Assembly: GCF_009914755.1 (NCBI RefSeq)
Contig: NC_060948.1
Reading direction: 5' to 3' (one strand)
Length of the DNA: 64,000 nt
Origin: the human T2T-CHM13v2.0 reference genome, Homo sapiens
In this document: positions 20,206 through 39,532 of the stretch, one piece after another
Numbering within the stretch: position 1 is the first letter of the stretch
Layout: every line of letters starts with the position of its first letter
Made by a program: the position numbers and the translations under genes
Notes under the pieces: generated by a model
Databases searched by the model: none
What the model was told of the DNA's origin: nothing
What the model saw: only the letters and a program-made list of their open reading frames with translations

Positions 20206-22310
20206 AGATCCATATTTTTTAAATGAAAAAAAATTTCAAAGGTACTCTGCTTGGTACAATAATCAAATGTATAAACTGAGGAATAAAACATAACCATGAA
20301 ACCTACTTATAACTGCATATGGAAAATACAGAGGATAATTTTTTAAATAACATATTTTGAAAGCCTTAACTAGTAATTTGAAGAGTTGGCATTTGAAAGG
20401 CCAGTATGAATATACCTTCAAAGCAGCAACACAGGTTCCCCATGAGAAAAAGCAAACACAGGGAAAATAAAAACACAAAGGTTCAATCTCTTCTGACCTT
20501 TGAAAGACACAGCACAGACAGTGGTCCTTAGGACGAAGAGCAGGAGACCCCTAATTCCGTCACCATGGCGATAGGGCATAAACATTGCTGGGTGAGGGCA
20601 CAATCCACATTGTGAGGTCCAACTGCTGCCAGGAAGACACGAGTGCTTTTACATAGACCGAAAGGTCATTGAAGGCTCAGAGTTTTGTTTCAAGATCTGA
20701 ATCCCAAGCCCACACGTTATTAGGCTGCGCTTCTTAAAACAAGTTATGAGATGGGAAAAAGGGCACCCACAAACATACGTATACATTATGTATATAATAA
20801 TATAGAGTGTCATATATATAATATATATAACCTATGTATAATATTGTTTTACATCCTGCATCTTATGTTATATATATTGTATAAAATATAATAATTGATA
20901 ATATATAAGTTTTATAATTATACAATATGACATATAGTATATATTATAATTTATGACATATATAATATATGTTATATATCATATACAGAATATATTATAC
21001 GGTTAATATACGTATTAAATATAAATTATACATTATATATATTATATATAATATATCTGTTATATATAATACCCGTTATGCATAATATATATATTATGTC
21101 TATGTTATATATAGTATAAAACAACATATAATAATATATAATTGTATATATAAAATGCGACATATAATATATATTATATTTTATAACATATGTAATATAT
21201 ATTATATATTATATATAATACGTTGTATGTATAATACCTATATTAAATATATATTATATGACTATGTTATTAATTACATGTCACATGTGTTATATATTAT
21301 ATATTTTACATAGAATATACCGGTTACATACCATATATACCATGTTACCTATAATGTATAATTTATTACATGTAAAATAAAGAATGCAATATATTATGTA
21401 TAATTTATAATATACAATATGTGGAATGTGATATATATAACATATAATATATGATATATGATATACAGTATATGATATATAACATACAATATATGATTCC
21501 TAATATATATGGTATACAGTATATATTTTATGATATGTATTCTATATGTTTTATATTCTGTTATATATAACTATTTGAAATTATATATAACTGTATAATA
21601 TTTTATGTAAATATGTAATATAATATATATAACTATATAATATATTATATATAACTATATATTATGTTATATATACTTTTATAACATAATTTACATAAAA
21701 TATCATAATATAATATATATTATATTATTTCATATTACATAATATATATTACAAATCACCCAATATAACTAACATACATAATATTATAATATAGATTATA
21801 TTATGTTATATTAAATATCATATATATCATGTATCATATATTCTATAATATATATTACACATTATATAATATGTATGTTGTCTATTATGTGATATATATA
21901 ACTATATATATAATTATATTTTTATACATATAACTAGATAAACATGTAATTCTACATATTTTCATTTATAATATGTAGAAGTATATAATCATATATAATT
22001 ATTTATATTCTATAAAAAATTTTATCATTATATAAATTATAATATATAAAAATTATAATATGTACTACAAATATATATATTATATATCATATATGATATA
22101 GTACCTTTGTTATATATCATAATACATATAAATGTGTATTATGTTATCTATAATTATATAATTTCATATATAAGATGTATAATATTTATCATATATTATA
22201 TATGTTATGTAACATATATAGTATATATAAGATGACACAGGATAAATATTATATACTATGACATATAAAATATATGAGGTTATATGTTACATATAAGGCA
22301 TAGCACATAA

Positions 22311-22625
<315 letters not shown>

Positions 22626-24730
22626 AGATCCATATTTTTTAAATGAAAAAAAATTTCAAAGGTACTCTGCTTGGTACAATAATCAAATGTATAAACTGAG
22701 GAATAAAACATAACCATGAAACCTACTTATAACTGCATATGGAAAATACAGAGGATAATTTTTTAAATAACATATTTTGAAAGCCTTAACTATTAATTTG
22801 AAGAGTTGGCATTTGAAAGGCCAGTATGAATATACCTTCAAAGCAGCAACACAGGTACCCCATGAGAAAAAGCAAACTCAGGGAAAATAAAACCACAAAG
22901 GTTCAATCTCTTCTGACCTTTGAAAGACACAGCACAGACAGTGGTCCTTAGGACGAAGAGCAGGAGACCCCTAATTCCGTCACCATGGCGATAGGGCATA
23001 AACATTGCTGGGTGAGGGCACAATCCACATTGTGAGGTCCAACTGCTGCCAGGAAGACAGGAGTGCTTTTACATAGACCGAAAGGTCATTGAAGGCTCAG
23101 AGTTTTGTTTCAAGAACTGAATCCCAAGCCCACACGTTATTAGGCAGCGCTTCTTAAAACAAGTTATGAGATGGGAAAAAGGGCACCCACAAACATACGT
23201 ATACATTATGTATATAATAATATAGAGTGTCATATATATAATATATATAACTTATGTATAATATTGTTTTACATCCTGCATCTTATGTTATATATATTGT
23301 ATAAAATATAGTAATTGATAATATATAAGTTTTATAATTATACAATATGACATATAGTATATATTATAATTTATGACATATATAATATATGTTATATATC
23401 ATATACAGAATATATTATACGGTTAATATTCGTATTAAATATAAATTATACATTATATATATTATATATAATATATCTGTTATATATAATACCCATTATG
23501 CATAATATATATATTATGTCTATGTTATATATAGTATAAAACAACATATAATAATATATAATTGTATATATAAAATGCGACATATAATATATATTATATT
23601 TTATAACATATGTAATATATATTATATATTATATATAATACGTTGTATGTATAATACCTATATTAAATATATATTATATGACTATGTTATTAATTACATG
23701 TCACATGTGTTATATATTATATATTTTACATAGAATATACCGGTTTCATACAATATATACCATGTTACCTATAATGTATAATTTATTACATGTAAAATAA
23801 AGAATGCAATATATTATGTATAATTTATAATATACAATATGTGGAATGTGATATATATAACATATAATATATGATATATGATATACAGTATATGATATAT
23901 AACATACAATATATGATTCCTAATATATATGGTATACAGTATATATTTTATGATATGTATTCTATATGTTTTATATTCTGTTATATATAACTATTTGAAA
24001 TTATATATAACTGTATAATATTTTATGTAAATATGTAATATAATATATATAACTATATAATATATTATATATAACTATATATTATGTTATATATACTTTT
24101 ATATCATAATTTACATAAAATATCATAATATAATATATATTATATTATTTCATATTACATAATATATATTACATATCACCCAATATAACTAACATACATA
24201 ATATTATAATATAGATTATATTATGTTATATTAAATATCATATATATCATGTATCATATATTCTATAATATATATTACACATTATATAATATGTATGTTG
24301 TCTATTATGTGATATATATAACTATATATATAATTATATTTTTATACATATAACTAGATAAACATGTAATTCTACATATTTTCATTTATAATATGTAGAA
24401 GTATATAATCATATATAATTATTTATATTCTATAAAAAATTTTATCATTATATAAATTATAATATATAAAAATTATAATATGTACTACAAATATATATAT
24501 TATATATCATATATGATATAGTACCTTTGTTATATATCATAATACATATAAATGTGTATTATGTTATCTATAATTATATAATTTCATATATAAGATGTAT
24601 AATATGTATCATATATTATATATGTTATGTAATATATATAGTATATATAAGATGACACAGGATAAATATTATATACTATGACATATAAAATATATGAGGT
24701 TATATGTTACATATAAGGCATAGCACATAA

Positions 24731-25045
<315 letters not shown>

Positions 25046-27155
25046 AGATCCATATTTTTTAAATGAAAAACAATTTCAAAGGTACTCTGCTTGGTACAAT
25101 AATCAAATGTATAAACTGAGGAATAAAACATAACCATGAAACCTACTTATAACTGCATATGGAAAATACAGAGGATAATTTTTTAAATAACATAGTTTGA
25201 AAGCCTTAACTAGTAATTTGAAGAGTTGGCATTTGAAAGGCCAGTATGAATATACCTTCAAAGCAGCAACACAGGTTCCCCATGAGAAAAAGCAAACACA
25301 GGGAAAATAAAAACACAAAGGTTCAATCTCTTCTGACCTTTGAAAGACACAGCACAGACAGTGGTCCTTAGGACGAAGAGCAGGAGACCCCTAATTCCGT
25401 CACCATGGCGATAGGGCATAAACATTGCTGGGTGAGGGCACAATCCACATTGTGAGGTCCAACTGCTGCCAGGAAGACAGGAGTGCTTTTACATAGACCG
25501 AAAGGTCATTGAAGGCTCAGAGTTTTGTTTCAAGAACTGAATCCCAAGCCCACACGTTATTAGGCAGCGCTTCTTAAAACAAGTTATGAGATGGGAAAAA
25601 GGGCACCCACAAACATACGTATACATTATGTATATAATAATATACAGTGTCATATATATAATATATATAACCTATGTATAATATTGTTTTACATCCTGCA
25701 TCTTATGTTATATATATTGTATAAAATATAATAATTGATAATATATAACTTTTATAATTATACAATATGACATATAGTATATATTATAATTTATGACATA
25801 TATAATATATGTTATATATCATATACAGAATATATTATACGGTTAATATACGTATTAAATATAAATTATACATTATATATATTATATATAATATATCTGT
25901 TATATATAATACCCATTATGCATAATATATATATTATGTCTATGTTATATATAGTATAAAACAACATATAATAATATATAATTGTATATATAAAATGCGA
26001 CATATAATATATATTATATTTTATAACATATGTAATATATATTATATATTATATATAATACGTTGTATCTATAATACCTATATTAAATATATATTATATG
26101 ACTATGTTATTAATTACATGTCACATGTGTTATATATTATATATTTTACATAGAATATACCGGTTTCATACAATATATACTATGTTACCTATAATGTATA
26201 ATTTATTACATGTAAAATAAAGAATGCAATATATTATGTATAATTTATAATATACAATATGTGGAATGTGATATATATAACATATAATATATGATATATG
26301 ATATACAGTATATGATATATAACATACAATATATGATTCCTAATATATATGGTATACAGTATATATTTTATGATATGTATTCTATATGTTTTATATTCTG
26401 TTATATATAACTATTTGAAATTATATATAACTGTATAATATTTTATGTAAATATGTAATATAATATATATAACTATATAATATATTATATATAACTATAT
26501 ATTATGTTATATATACTTTTATATCATAATTTACATAAAATATCATAATATAATATATATTATATTATTTCATATTACATAATATATATTACATATCACC
26601 CAATATAACTAACATACATAATATTATAATATAGATTATATTGTGTTATATTAAATATCATATATATCATGTATCATATATTCTATAATATATATTATAC
26701 ATTATATAATATGTATGTTGTCTATTATGTGATATATATAACTATATATATAATTATATTTTTATACATATAACTAGATAAACATGTAATTCTACATATT
26801 TTCATTTATAATATGTAGAATTATATAATCATATATAATTATTTATATTCTATAAAAAATTTTATCATTATATAAATTATAATATATAAAAATTATAATA
26901 TGTACTACAAATATATATTATATATCATATATGATATAGTACCTTTGTTATATATCATAATACATATAAATGTGTATTATGTTATCTATAATTATATAAT
27001 TTCATATATAAGATGTATAATATGTATCATATATTATATATGTTATGTAATATATATAGTATATATAAGATGACACAGGATAAATATTATACACTATGAG
27101 ATATAAAATATATGAGGTTATATGTTACATATAAGGCATAGCACATAACATGTAA

Positions 27156-27461
<306 letters not shown>

Positions 27462-29557
27462 AGATCCATATTTTTTAAATGAAAAAAAATTTCAAAGGTA
27501 CTCTGCTTGGTACAATAATCAAATGTATAAACTGAGGAATAAAACATAACCATGAAACCTACTTATAACTGCATATGGAAAATACAGAGGATAATTTTTT
27601 AAATAACATATTTTGAAAGCCTTAACTAGTAATTTGAAGAGTTGGCATTTGAAAGGCCAGTATGAATATACCTTCAAAGCAGCAACACAGGTTCCCCATG
27701 AGAAAAAGCAAACACAGGGAAAATAAAAACACAAAGGTTCAATCTCTTCTGACCTTTGAAAGACACAGCACAGACAGTGGTCCTTAGGACGAAGAGCAGG
27801 AGACCCCTAATTCCGTCACCATGGCGATAGGGCATAAACATTGCTGGGTGAGGGCACAATCCACATTGTGAGGTCCAGCTGCTGCCAGGAAGAAAGGAGT
27901 GCTTTTACATAGACCAAAAGGTCATTGAAGGCTCAGAGTTTTGTTTCAAGAACTGAATCCCAAGCCCACACGTTATTAGGCTGCGCTTCTTAAAACAAGT
28001 TATGAGATGGGAAAAAGGGCACCCACAAACATACGTATACATTATGTATATAATAATATAGAGTGTCATATATATAATATATATAACCTATGTATAATAT
28101 TGTTTTACATCCTGCATCTTATGTTATATATATTGTATAAAATATAATAATTGATAATATATAAGTTTTATAATTATACAATATGACATATAGTATATAT
28201 TATAATTTATGACATATATAATATATGTTATATATCATATATAGAATATATTATACGGTTAATATACGTATTAAATATAAATTATACATTATATATATTA
28301 TATATAATATATCTGTTATATATAATAACCATTATGCATAATATATATATTATGTCTATGTTATATATAGTATAAAACAACATATAATAATATATAATTG
28401 TATTTATAAAATGCGACATATAATATATATTATATTTTATAACATATGTAATATATATTATATATAATACGTTGTATGTATAATACCTATATTAAATATA
28501 TATTATATGACTATGTTATTAATTACATGTCACATGTGTTATATATTATATATTTTACATAGAATATACCGGTTACATACAATATATACTATGTTACCTA
28601 TAATGTATAATTTATTACATGTAAAATAAAGAATGCAATATATTATGTATAATTTATAATATACAATATGTGGAATGTGATATATATAACATATAATATA
28701 TGATATATGATATACAGTATATGATATATAACATACAATATATGATTCCTAATATATATGGTATACAATATATATTTTATGATATGTATTCTATATGTTT
28801 TATATTCTGTTATATATAACTATTTGAAACTATATATAACTGTATAATATTTTATGTAAATATGTAATATAATATATATAACTATATAATATATTATATA
28901 TAACTATATATTATGTTATATATACTTTTATAACATAATTTACATAAAATATCATAATATAATATATATTATATTATTTCATATTACATAATATATATTA
29001 CATATCACCCAATATAACTAACATACCTAATATTATAATATAGATTATATTATGTTATATTAAATATCATATATATCATGTATCATATATTCTATAATAT
29101 ATATTACACATTATATAATATGTATGTTGTCTATTATGTGATATATATAACTATATATATAATTATATTTTTATACATATAACTAGATAAACGTAATTCT
29201 ACATATTTTCATTTATAATATGTAGAATGATATAATCATATATAATTATTTATATTCTATAAAAAATTTTATCATTATATAAATTATAATATATAAAAAT
29301 TATAATATGTACTACAAATATATATATTATATATCATATATGATATAGTACCTTTGTTATATATCATAATACATATAAATGTGTATTATGTTATCTATAA
29401 TTATATAATTTCATATATAAGATGTATAATATGTATCATATATTATATATGTTATGTAATATATATAGTATATATAAGATGACACAGGATAAATATTATA
29501 TACTATGACATATAAAATATATGAGGTTATATGTTACATATAAGGCATAGCACATAA

Positions 29558-29872
<315 letters not shown>

Positions 29873-31975
29873 AGATCCATATTTTTTAAATGAAAAAAAA
29901 TTTCAAAGGTACTCTGCTTGGTACAATAATCAAATGTATAAACTGAGGAATAAAACATAACCATGAAACCTACTTATAACTGCATATGGAAAATACAGAG
30001 GATAATTTTTTAAATAACATATTTTGAAAGCCTTAACTAGTAATTTGAAGAGTTGGCATTTGAAAGGCCAGTATGAATATACCTTCAAAGCAGCAACACA
30101 GGTTCCCCATGAGAAAAAGCAAACACAGGGAAAGTAAAAACACAAAGGTTCAATCTCTTCTGACCTTTGAAAGACACAGCACAGACAGTGGTCCTTAGGA
30201 CGAAGAGCAGGAGACCCCTAATTCCGTCACCATGGCGATAGGGCATAAACATTGCTGGGTGAGGGCACAATCCACATTGTGAGGTCCAACTGCTGCCAGG
30301 AAGACAGGAGTGCTTTTACATAGACCGAAAGGTCATTGAAGGCTCAGAGTTTTGTTTCAAGAACTGAATCCCAAGCCCACACGTTATTAGGCTGCGCTTC
30401 TTAAAACAAGTTGTGAGATGAGAAAAAGGGCACCCACAAACATACGTATACATTATGTATATAATAATATACAGTGTCATATATATAATATATATAACCT
30501 ATGTATAATATTGTTTTACATCCTGCATCTTATGTTATTTATATTGTATAAAATATAATAATTGATAATATATAAGTTTTATAATTATACAATATGACAT
30601 ATAGTATATATTATAATTTATGACATATATAATATATGTTATATATCATATATAGAATATATTATACGGTTAATATACGTATTAAATATAAATTATACAT
30701 TATATATATTATATATAATATATCTGGTATATATAATACCCATTATGCATAATATATATATTATGTCTATGTTATATATAGTATAAAACAACATATAATA
30801 ATATATAATTGTATATATAAAATGCGACATATAATATATATTATATTTTATAACATATGTAATATATATTATATATTATATATAATACGTTGTATGTATA
30901 ATACCTATATTAAATATATAATATGACTATGTTATTAATTACATGTCACATGTGTTATATATTATATATTTTACATAGAATATACCGGTTACATACAATA
31001 TATACTATGTTACCTATAATGTATAATTTATTACATGTAAAATAAAGAATGCAATATATTATGTATAATTTATAATATACAATATGTGGAATGTGATATA
31101 TATAACATATAATATATGATATATGATATACAGTATATGATATATAACATACAATATATGATTCCTAATCTATATGGTATACAATATATATTTTATGATA
31201 TGTATTCTATATGTTTTATATTCTGTTATATATAACTATTTGAAATTATATATAACTGTATAATATTTTATGTAAATATGTAATATAATATATATAACTA
31301 TATAATATATTATATATAACTATATATTATGTTATATATACTTTTATAACATAATTTACATAAAATATCATAATATAATATATATTATATTATTTCATAT
31401 TACATAATATATATTACATATCACCCAATATAACTAACATACATAATATTATAATATAGATTATATTATGTTATATTAAATATCATATATATCATGTATC
31501 ATATATTCTATAATATATATTACACATTATATAATATGTATGTTGTCTATTATGTGATATATATAACTATATAAATAGTTATATTTTTATACATATAACT
31601 AGATAAACATGTAATTCTACATATTTTCATTTATAATATGTAGAATTATATAATCATATATAATTATTTATATTCTATAAAAAATTTTATCATTATATAA
31701 ATTATAATATATAAAAATTATAATATGTACTACAAATATATATATTATATATCATATATGATATAGTACCTTTGTTATATATCATAATACATATAAATGT
31801 GTATTATGTTATCTATAATTATATAATTTCATATATAAGATGTATAATATGTATCATATATTATATATGTTATGTAATATATATAGTATATATAAGATGA
31901 CACAGGATAAATATTATATACTATGACATATAAAATATATGAGGTTATATGTTACATATAAGGCATAGCACATAA

Positions 31976-32290
<315 letters not shown>

Positions 32291-34418
32291 AGATCCATAT
32301 TTTTTAAATGAAAAAAAATTTCAAAGGTACTCTGCTTGGTACAATAATCAAATGTATAAACTGAGGAATAAAACATAACCATGAAACCTACTTATAACTG
32401 CATATGGAAAATACAGAGGATAATTTTTTAAATAACATATTTTGAAAGCCTTAACTAGTAATTTGAAGAGTTGGCATTTGAAAGGCCAGTATGAATATAC
32501 CTTCAAAGCAGCAACACAGGTTCCCCATGAGAAAAAGCAAACACAGGGAAAATAAAAACACAAAGGTTCAATCTCTTCTGACCTTTGAAAGACACAGCAC
32601 AGACAGTGGTCCTTAGGACGAAGAGCAGGAGACCCCTAATTCCGTCACCATGGCGATAGGGCATAAACATTGCTGGGTGAGGGCACAATCCACATTGTGA
32701 GGTCCAACTGCTGCCAGGAAGACAGGAGTGCTTTAACATAGACCGAAAGGTCATTGAAGGCTCAGAGTTTTGTTTCAAGAACTGAATCCCAAGCCCACAC
32801 GTTATTAGGCTGCGCTTCTTAAAACAAGTTATGAGATGGGAAAAAGGGCACCCACAAACATACGTATACATTATGTATATAATAATATACAGTGTCATAT
32901 ATATAATATATATAACCTATGTATAATATTGTTTTACATCCTGCATCTTATGTTATTTATATTGTATAAAATATAATAATTGATAATATATAAGTTTTAT
33001 AATTATGCAATATGACATATGGTATATATTATAATTTATGACATATATAATATATGTTATATATCATATATAGAATATATTATACGGTTAATATACGTAT
33101 TAAATATAAATTATACATTATATATATTATATATAATATATCTGTTATATATAATACCCATTATGCATAATATATATATTATGTCTATGTTATATATAGT
33201 ATAAAACAACATATAATAATATATAATTGTATATATAAAATGCGACATATAATATATATTATATTTTATAACATATGTAATATATATTATATATTATATA
33301 TAATACGTTGTATGTATAATACCTATATTAAATATATATTATATGACTATGTTATTAATTACATGTCACATGTGTTATATATTATATATTTTACATAGAA
33401 TATACCGGTTACATACAATATATACTATGTTACCTATAATGTATAATTTATTACATGTAAAATAAAGAATGCAATATATTATGTAAAATTTATAATATAC
33501 AATATGTGGAATGTGATATATATAACATATAATATATGATATATGATATACAGTATATGATATATAACATACAATATATGATTCCTAATATATATGGTAT
33601 ACAATATATATTTTATGATATGTATCCTATATGTTTTATATTCTGTTATATATAACTATTTGAAATTATATATAAATGTATAATATTTTATGTAAATATG
33701 TAATATAATATATATAACTATATAATATATTATATATAACTATATATTATGTTATATATATTTTTATAACATAATTTACATAAAATATCATAATATAATA
33801 TATATTATATTATTTCATATTACATAATATATATTACATATCACCCAATATAACTAACATACATAATATTATAATATAGATTATATTGTGTTATATTAAA
33901 TATCATATATATCTTGTATCATATATTCTATAATATATATTACACATTATATAATATGTATGTTGTCTATTATGTGATATATATAACTATATATATAATT
34001 ATATTTTTATACATATAACTAGATAAACATGTAATTCTACATATTTTCATTTATAATATGTAGAATTATATAATCATATATAATTATTTATATTCTATAA
34101 AAAATTTTATCATTATATAAATTATAATATATAAAAATTATAATATGTACTACAAATATATATATTATATATCATATATGATATAGTACCTTTGTTATAT
34201 ATCACAATACATATAAATGTGTATTATGTTATCTATAATTATATAATTTCATATATAAGATGTATAATATGTATCTTATATTATATAAGTTATGTAATAT
34301 ATATAGTATATATAAGATGACACAGGATAAATATTATATACTATGACATATAAAATATATGAGGTTATATGTTACATATAAGGCATAGCACATAACATGT
34401 AATATATATCATATATAA

Positions 34419-34710
34419 TTTTTTTTTAGACAGAATCTTGTCCTGTTGCACATGGTGGGGTACAATGGCGCCATCTTTGCTCACTGCAACTTCTGCCTCA
34501 CGGGTCCAAGCGATTGTCCTCCCTCAGCCTCCCAGGTAGCTGGGACTACACCACACTGGGACTACACCAGCTGCCACCATGCCTAGCTAATTTTTTGGAT
34601 TTTTAGTAGTGACAGCGTTTCACTGTATTGGCCAGGATGGTCTTGATCTCTTCACCTTGTGATCCCCTTGCCTTGGCCTCCAAATTTGCTGGGATTACAG
34701 GCCTGAGCCA
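34419..34710 (-). mobile_element. Alu fragment, copy 15 (B)
   Basis: Same Alu motifs, B alleles plus CATGGTGG. Confidence 0.95.
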
Positions 34711-36831
34711 AGATCCATATTTTCTAAATGAAAAAAAATTTCAAAGGTACTCTGCTTGGTACAATAATCAAATGTATAAACTGAGGAATAAAACATAACC
34801 ATGAAACCTACTTATAACTGCATATGGAAAATACAGAGGATAATTTTTTAAATAACATATTTTGAAAGCCTTAACTAGTAATTTGAAGAGTTGGCATTTG
34901 AAAGGCCAGTATGAATATACCTTCAAAGCAGCAACACAGGTTCCCCATGAGAAAAAGCAAACACAGGGAAAATAAAAACACAAAGGTTCAATCTCTTCTG
35001 ACCTTTGAAAGACACAGCACAGACAGTGGTCCTTAGGACGAAGAGCAGGAGACCCCTAATTCCGTCACCATGGCGATAGGGCATAAACATTGCTGGGTGA
35101 GGGCACAATCCACATTGTGAGGTCCAACTGCTGCCAGGAAGACAGGAGTGCTTTTACATAGACCGAAAGGTCATTGAAGGCTCAGAGTTTTGTTTCAAGA
35201 ACTGAATCCCAAGCCCACACGTTATTAGGCTGCGCTTCTTAAAACAAGTTATGAGATGGGAAAAAGGGCACCCACAAACATACGTATACATTATGTATAA
35301 AATAATATACAGTGTCATATATATAATATATATAACCTAGGTATAATATTGTTTTACATCCTGCATCTTATGTTATTTATATTGTATAAAATATAATAAT
35401 TGATAATATATAAGTTTTATAATTATACAATACGACATATAGTATATATTATAATTTATGACATATAAAATATATGTTATATATCATATATAGAATATAT
35501 TATACGGTTAATATACGTATTAAATATAAATTATACATTATATATATTATATATAATATATCTGTTATATATAATACTCATTATGCATAATATATATATT
35601 ATGTCTATGTTATATATAGTATAAAACAACATATAATAATATATAATTGTATATATAAAATGCGACATATAATATATATTATATTTTATAACATATGTAA
35701 TATATATTATATATAATACGTTGTATGTATAATACCTATATTAAATATATATTATATGACTATGTTATTAATTACATGTCACATGTGTTATATATTATAT
35801 ATTTTACATAGAATATACCGGTTACATACAATATATACTATGTTACCTATAATGTATAATTTATTACATGTAAAATAAAGAATGCAATATATTATGTATA
35901 ATTTATAATATACAATATGTGGAATGTGATACATATAACATATAATATATGATATATGATATACAGTACATGATATATAACATACAATATATGATTCCTA
36001 ATATATATGGTATACAATATATATTTTATGATATGTATCCTATATGTTTTATATTCTGTTATATATAACTATTTGAAATTATATATAACTGTATAATATT
36101 TTATGTAAATATGTAATATAATATATATAACTATATAATATATTATATATAACTATATATTATGTTATATATACTTTTATAACATAATTTACATAAAATA
36201 TCATAATATAATATATATTATATTATTTCATATTACATAATATATATTACATATCACCCAATATAACTAACATACATAATATTATAATATAGATTATATT
36301 GTGTTATATTAAATATCATATATATCTTGTATCATATATTCTATAATATATATTACACATTATATAATATGTATGTTGTCTATTATGTGATATATATAAC
36401 TATATATATAATTATATTTTTATACATATAACTAGATAAACATGTAATTCTACATATTTTCATTTATAATATGTAGAATTATATAATCATATATAATTAT
36501 TTATATTCTATAAAAAATTTTATCATTATATAAATTATAATATATAAAAATTATAATATGTACTACAAATATATATATTATATATCATATATGATATAGT
36601 ACCTTTGTTATATATCACAATACATATAAATGTGTATTATGTTATCTATAATTATATAATTTCATATATAAGATGTATAATATGTATCTTATATTATATA
36701 AGTTATGTAATATATATAGTATATATAAGATGACACAGGATAAATATTATATACTATGACATATAAAATATATGAGGTTATATGTTACATATAAGGCATA
36801 GCACATAACATGTAATATATATCATATATAA

Positions 36832-37123
36832 TTTTTTTTTAGACAGAATCTTGTCCTGTTGCACATGGTGGGGTACAATGGCGCCATCTTTGCTCACTGC
36901 AACTTCTGCCTCACGGGTCCAAGCGATTGTCCTCCCTCAGCCTCCCAGGTAGCTGGGACTACACCACACTGGGACTACACCAGCTGCCACCATGCCTAGC
37001 TAATTTTTTGGATTTTTAGTAGTGACAGCGTTTCACTGTATTGGCCAGGATGGTCTTGATCTCTTCACCTTGTGATCCCCTTGCCTTGGCCTCCAAATTT
37101 GCTGGGATTACAGGCCTGAGCCA
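36832..37123 (-). mobile_element. Alu fragment, copy 16 (B)
   Basis: Same Alu motifs, B alleles plus CATGGTGG. Confidence 0.95.
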
Positions 37124-39240
37124 AGATCCATATTTTGTAAATGAAAAAAAATTTCAAAGGTACTCTGCTTGGTACAATAATCAAATGTATAAACTGAGGA
37201 ATAAAACATAACCATGAAACCTACTTATAACTGCATATGGAAAATACAGAGGATAATTTTTTAAATAACATATTTTGAAAGCCTTAACTAGTAATTTGAA
37301 GAGTTGGCATTTGAAAGGCCAGTATGAATATACCTTCAAAGCAGCAACACAGGTTCCCCATGAGAAAAAGCAAACACAGGGAAAATAAAAACACAAAGGT
37401 TCAATCTCTTCTGACCTTTGAAAGACACAGCACAGACAGTGGTCCTTAGGACGAAGAGCAGGAGACCCCTAATTCCGTCACCATGGCGATAGGGCATAAA
37501 CATTGCTGGGTGAGGGCACAATCCACATTGTGAGGTCCAACTGCTGCCAGGAAGACAGGAGTGCTTTTACATAGACCGAAAGGTCATTGAAGGCTCAGAG
37601 TTTTGTTTCAAGAACTGAATCCCAAGCCCACACGTTATTAGGCTGCGCTTCTTAAAACAAGTTATGAGATGGGAAAAAGGGCACCCACAAACATACGTAT
37701 ACATTATGTATAAAATAATATACAGTGTCATATATATAATATATATAACCTAGGTATAATATTGTTTTACATCCTGCATCTTATGTTATTTATATTGTAT
37801 AAAATATAATAATAGATAATATATAAGTTTTATAATTATACAATATGACATATAGTATATATTATAATTTATGACATATAAAATATATGTTATATATCAT
37901 ATATAGAATATATTATACGGTTAATATACGTATTAAATATAAATTATACATTATATATATTATATATAATATATCTGTTATATATAATACCCATTATGCA
38001 TAATATATATATTATGTCTATGTTATATATAGTATAAAACAACATATAATAATATATAATTGTATATATAAAATGCGACATATAATATATATTATATTTT
38101 ATAACATATGTAATATATATTATATATAATACGTTGTATGTATAATACCTATATTAAATATATATTATATGACTATGTTATTAATTACATGTCACATGTG
38201 TTATATATTATATATTTTACATAGAATATACCGGTTACATACAATATATACTATGTTACCTATAATGTATAATTTATTACATGTAAAATAAAGAATGCAA
38301 TATATTATGTATAATTTATAATATACAATATGTGGAATGTGATACATATAACATATAATATATGATATATGATATACAGTACATGATATATAACATACAA
38401 TATATGATTCCTAATATATATGGTATACAATATATATTTTATGATATGTATCCTATATGTTTTATATTCTGTTATATATAACTATTTGAAATTATATATA
38501 ACTGTATAATATTTTATGTAAATATGTAATATAATATATATAACTATATAATATATTATATATAACTATATATTATGTTATATATACTTTTATAACATAA
38601 TTTACATAAAATATCATAATATAATATATATTATATTATTTCATATTACATAATATATATTACATATCACCCAATATAACTAACATACATAATATTATAA
38701 TATAGATTATATTGTGTTATATTAAATATCATATATATCATGTATCATATATTCTATAATATATATTACACATTATATAATATGTATGTTGTCTATTATG
38801 TGATATATATAACTATATATATAATTATATTTTTTACATATAACTAGATAAACATGTAATTCTACATATTTTCATTTATAATATGTAGAATTATATAATC
38901 ATATATAATTATTTATATTGTATAAAAAATTTTATCATTATATAAATTATAATATATAAAAATTATATGTACTACAAATATATATATTATATATCATATA
39001 TGATATAGTACCTTTGTTATATATCATAATACATATAAATGTGTATTATGTTATCTATAATTATATAATTTCATATATAAGATGTATAATATGTATCATA
39101 TATTATATATGTTATGTAATATATATAGTATATATAAGATGACACAGGATAAATATTATATACTATGACATATAAAATATATGAGGTTATATGTTACATA
39201 TAAGGCATAGCACATATCATGTAATATATATCATATATAA

Positions 39241-39532
39241 TTTTTTTTTAGACAGAATCTTGTCCTGTTGCACAGGGTGGGGTACAATGGCGCCATCTTT
39301 GCTCACTGCAACTTCTGCCTCACGGGTCCAAGCGATTGTCCTCCCTCAGCCTCCCAGGTAGCTGGGACTACACCACACTGGGACTACACCAGCTGCCACC
39401 ATGCCTAGCTAATTTTTTGGATTTTTAGTAGTGACAGCGTTTCACTGTATTGGCCAGGATGGTCTTGATCTCTTCACCTTGTGATCCCCTTGCCTTGGCC
39501 TCCAAATTTGCTGGGATTACAGGCCTGAGCCA
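39241..39532 (-). mobile_element. Alu fragment, copy 17 (B; the unit is a B/A recombinant)
   Basis: Same Alu motifs, B alleles. Confidence 0.95.
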
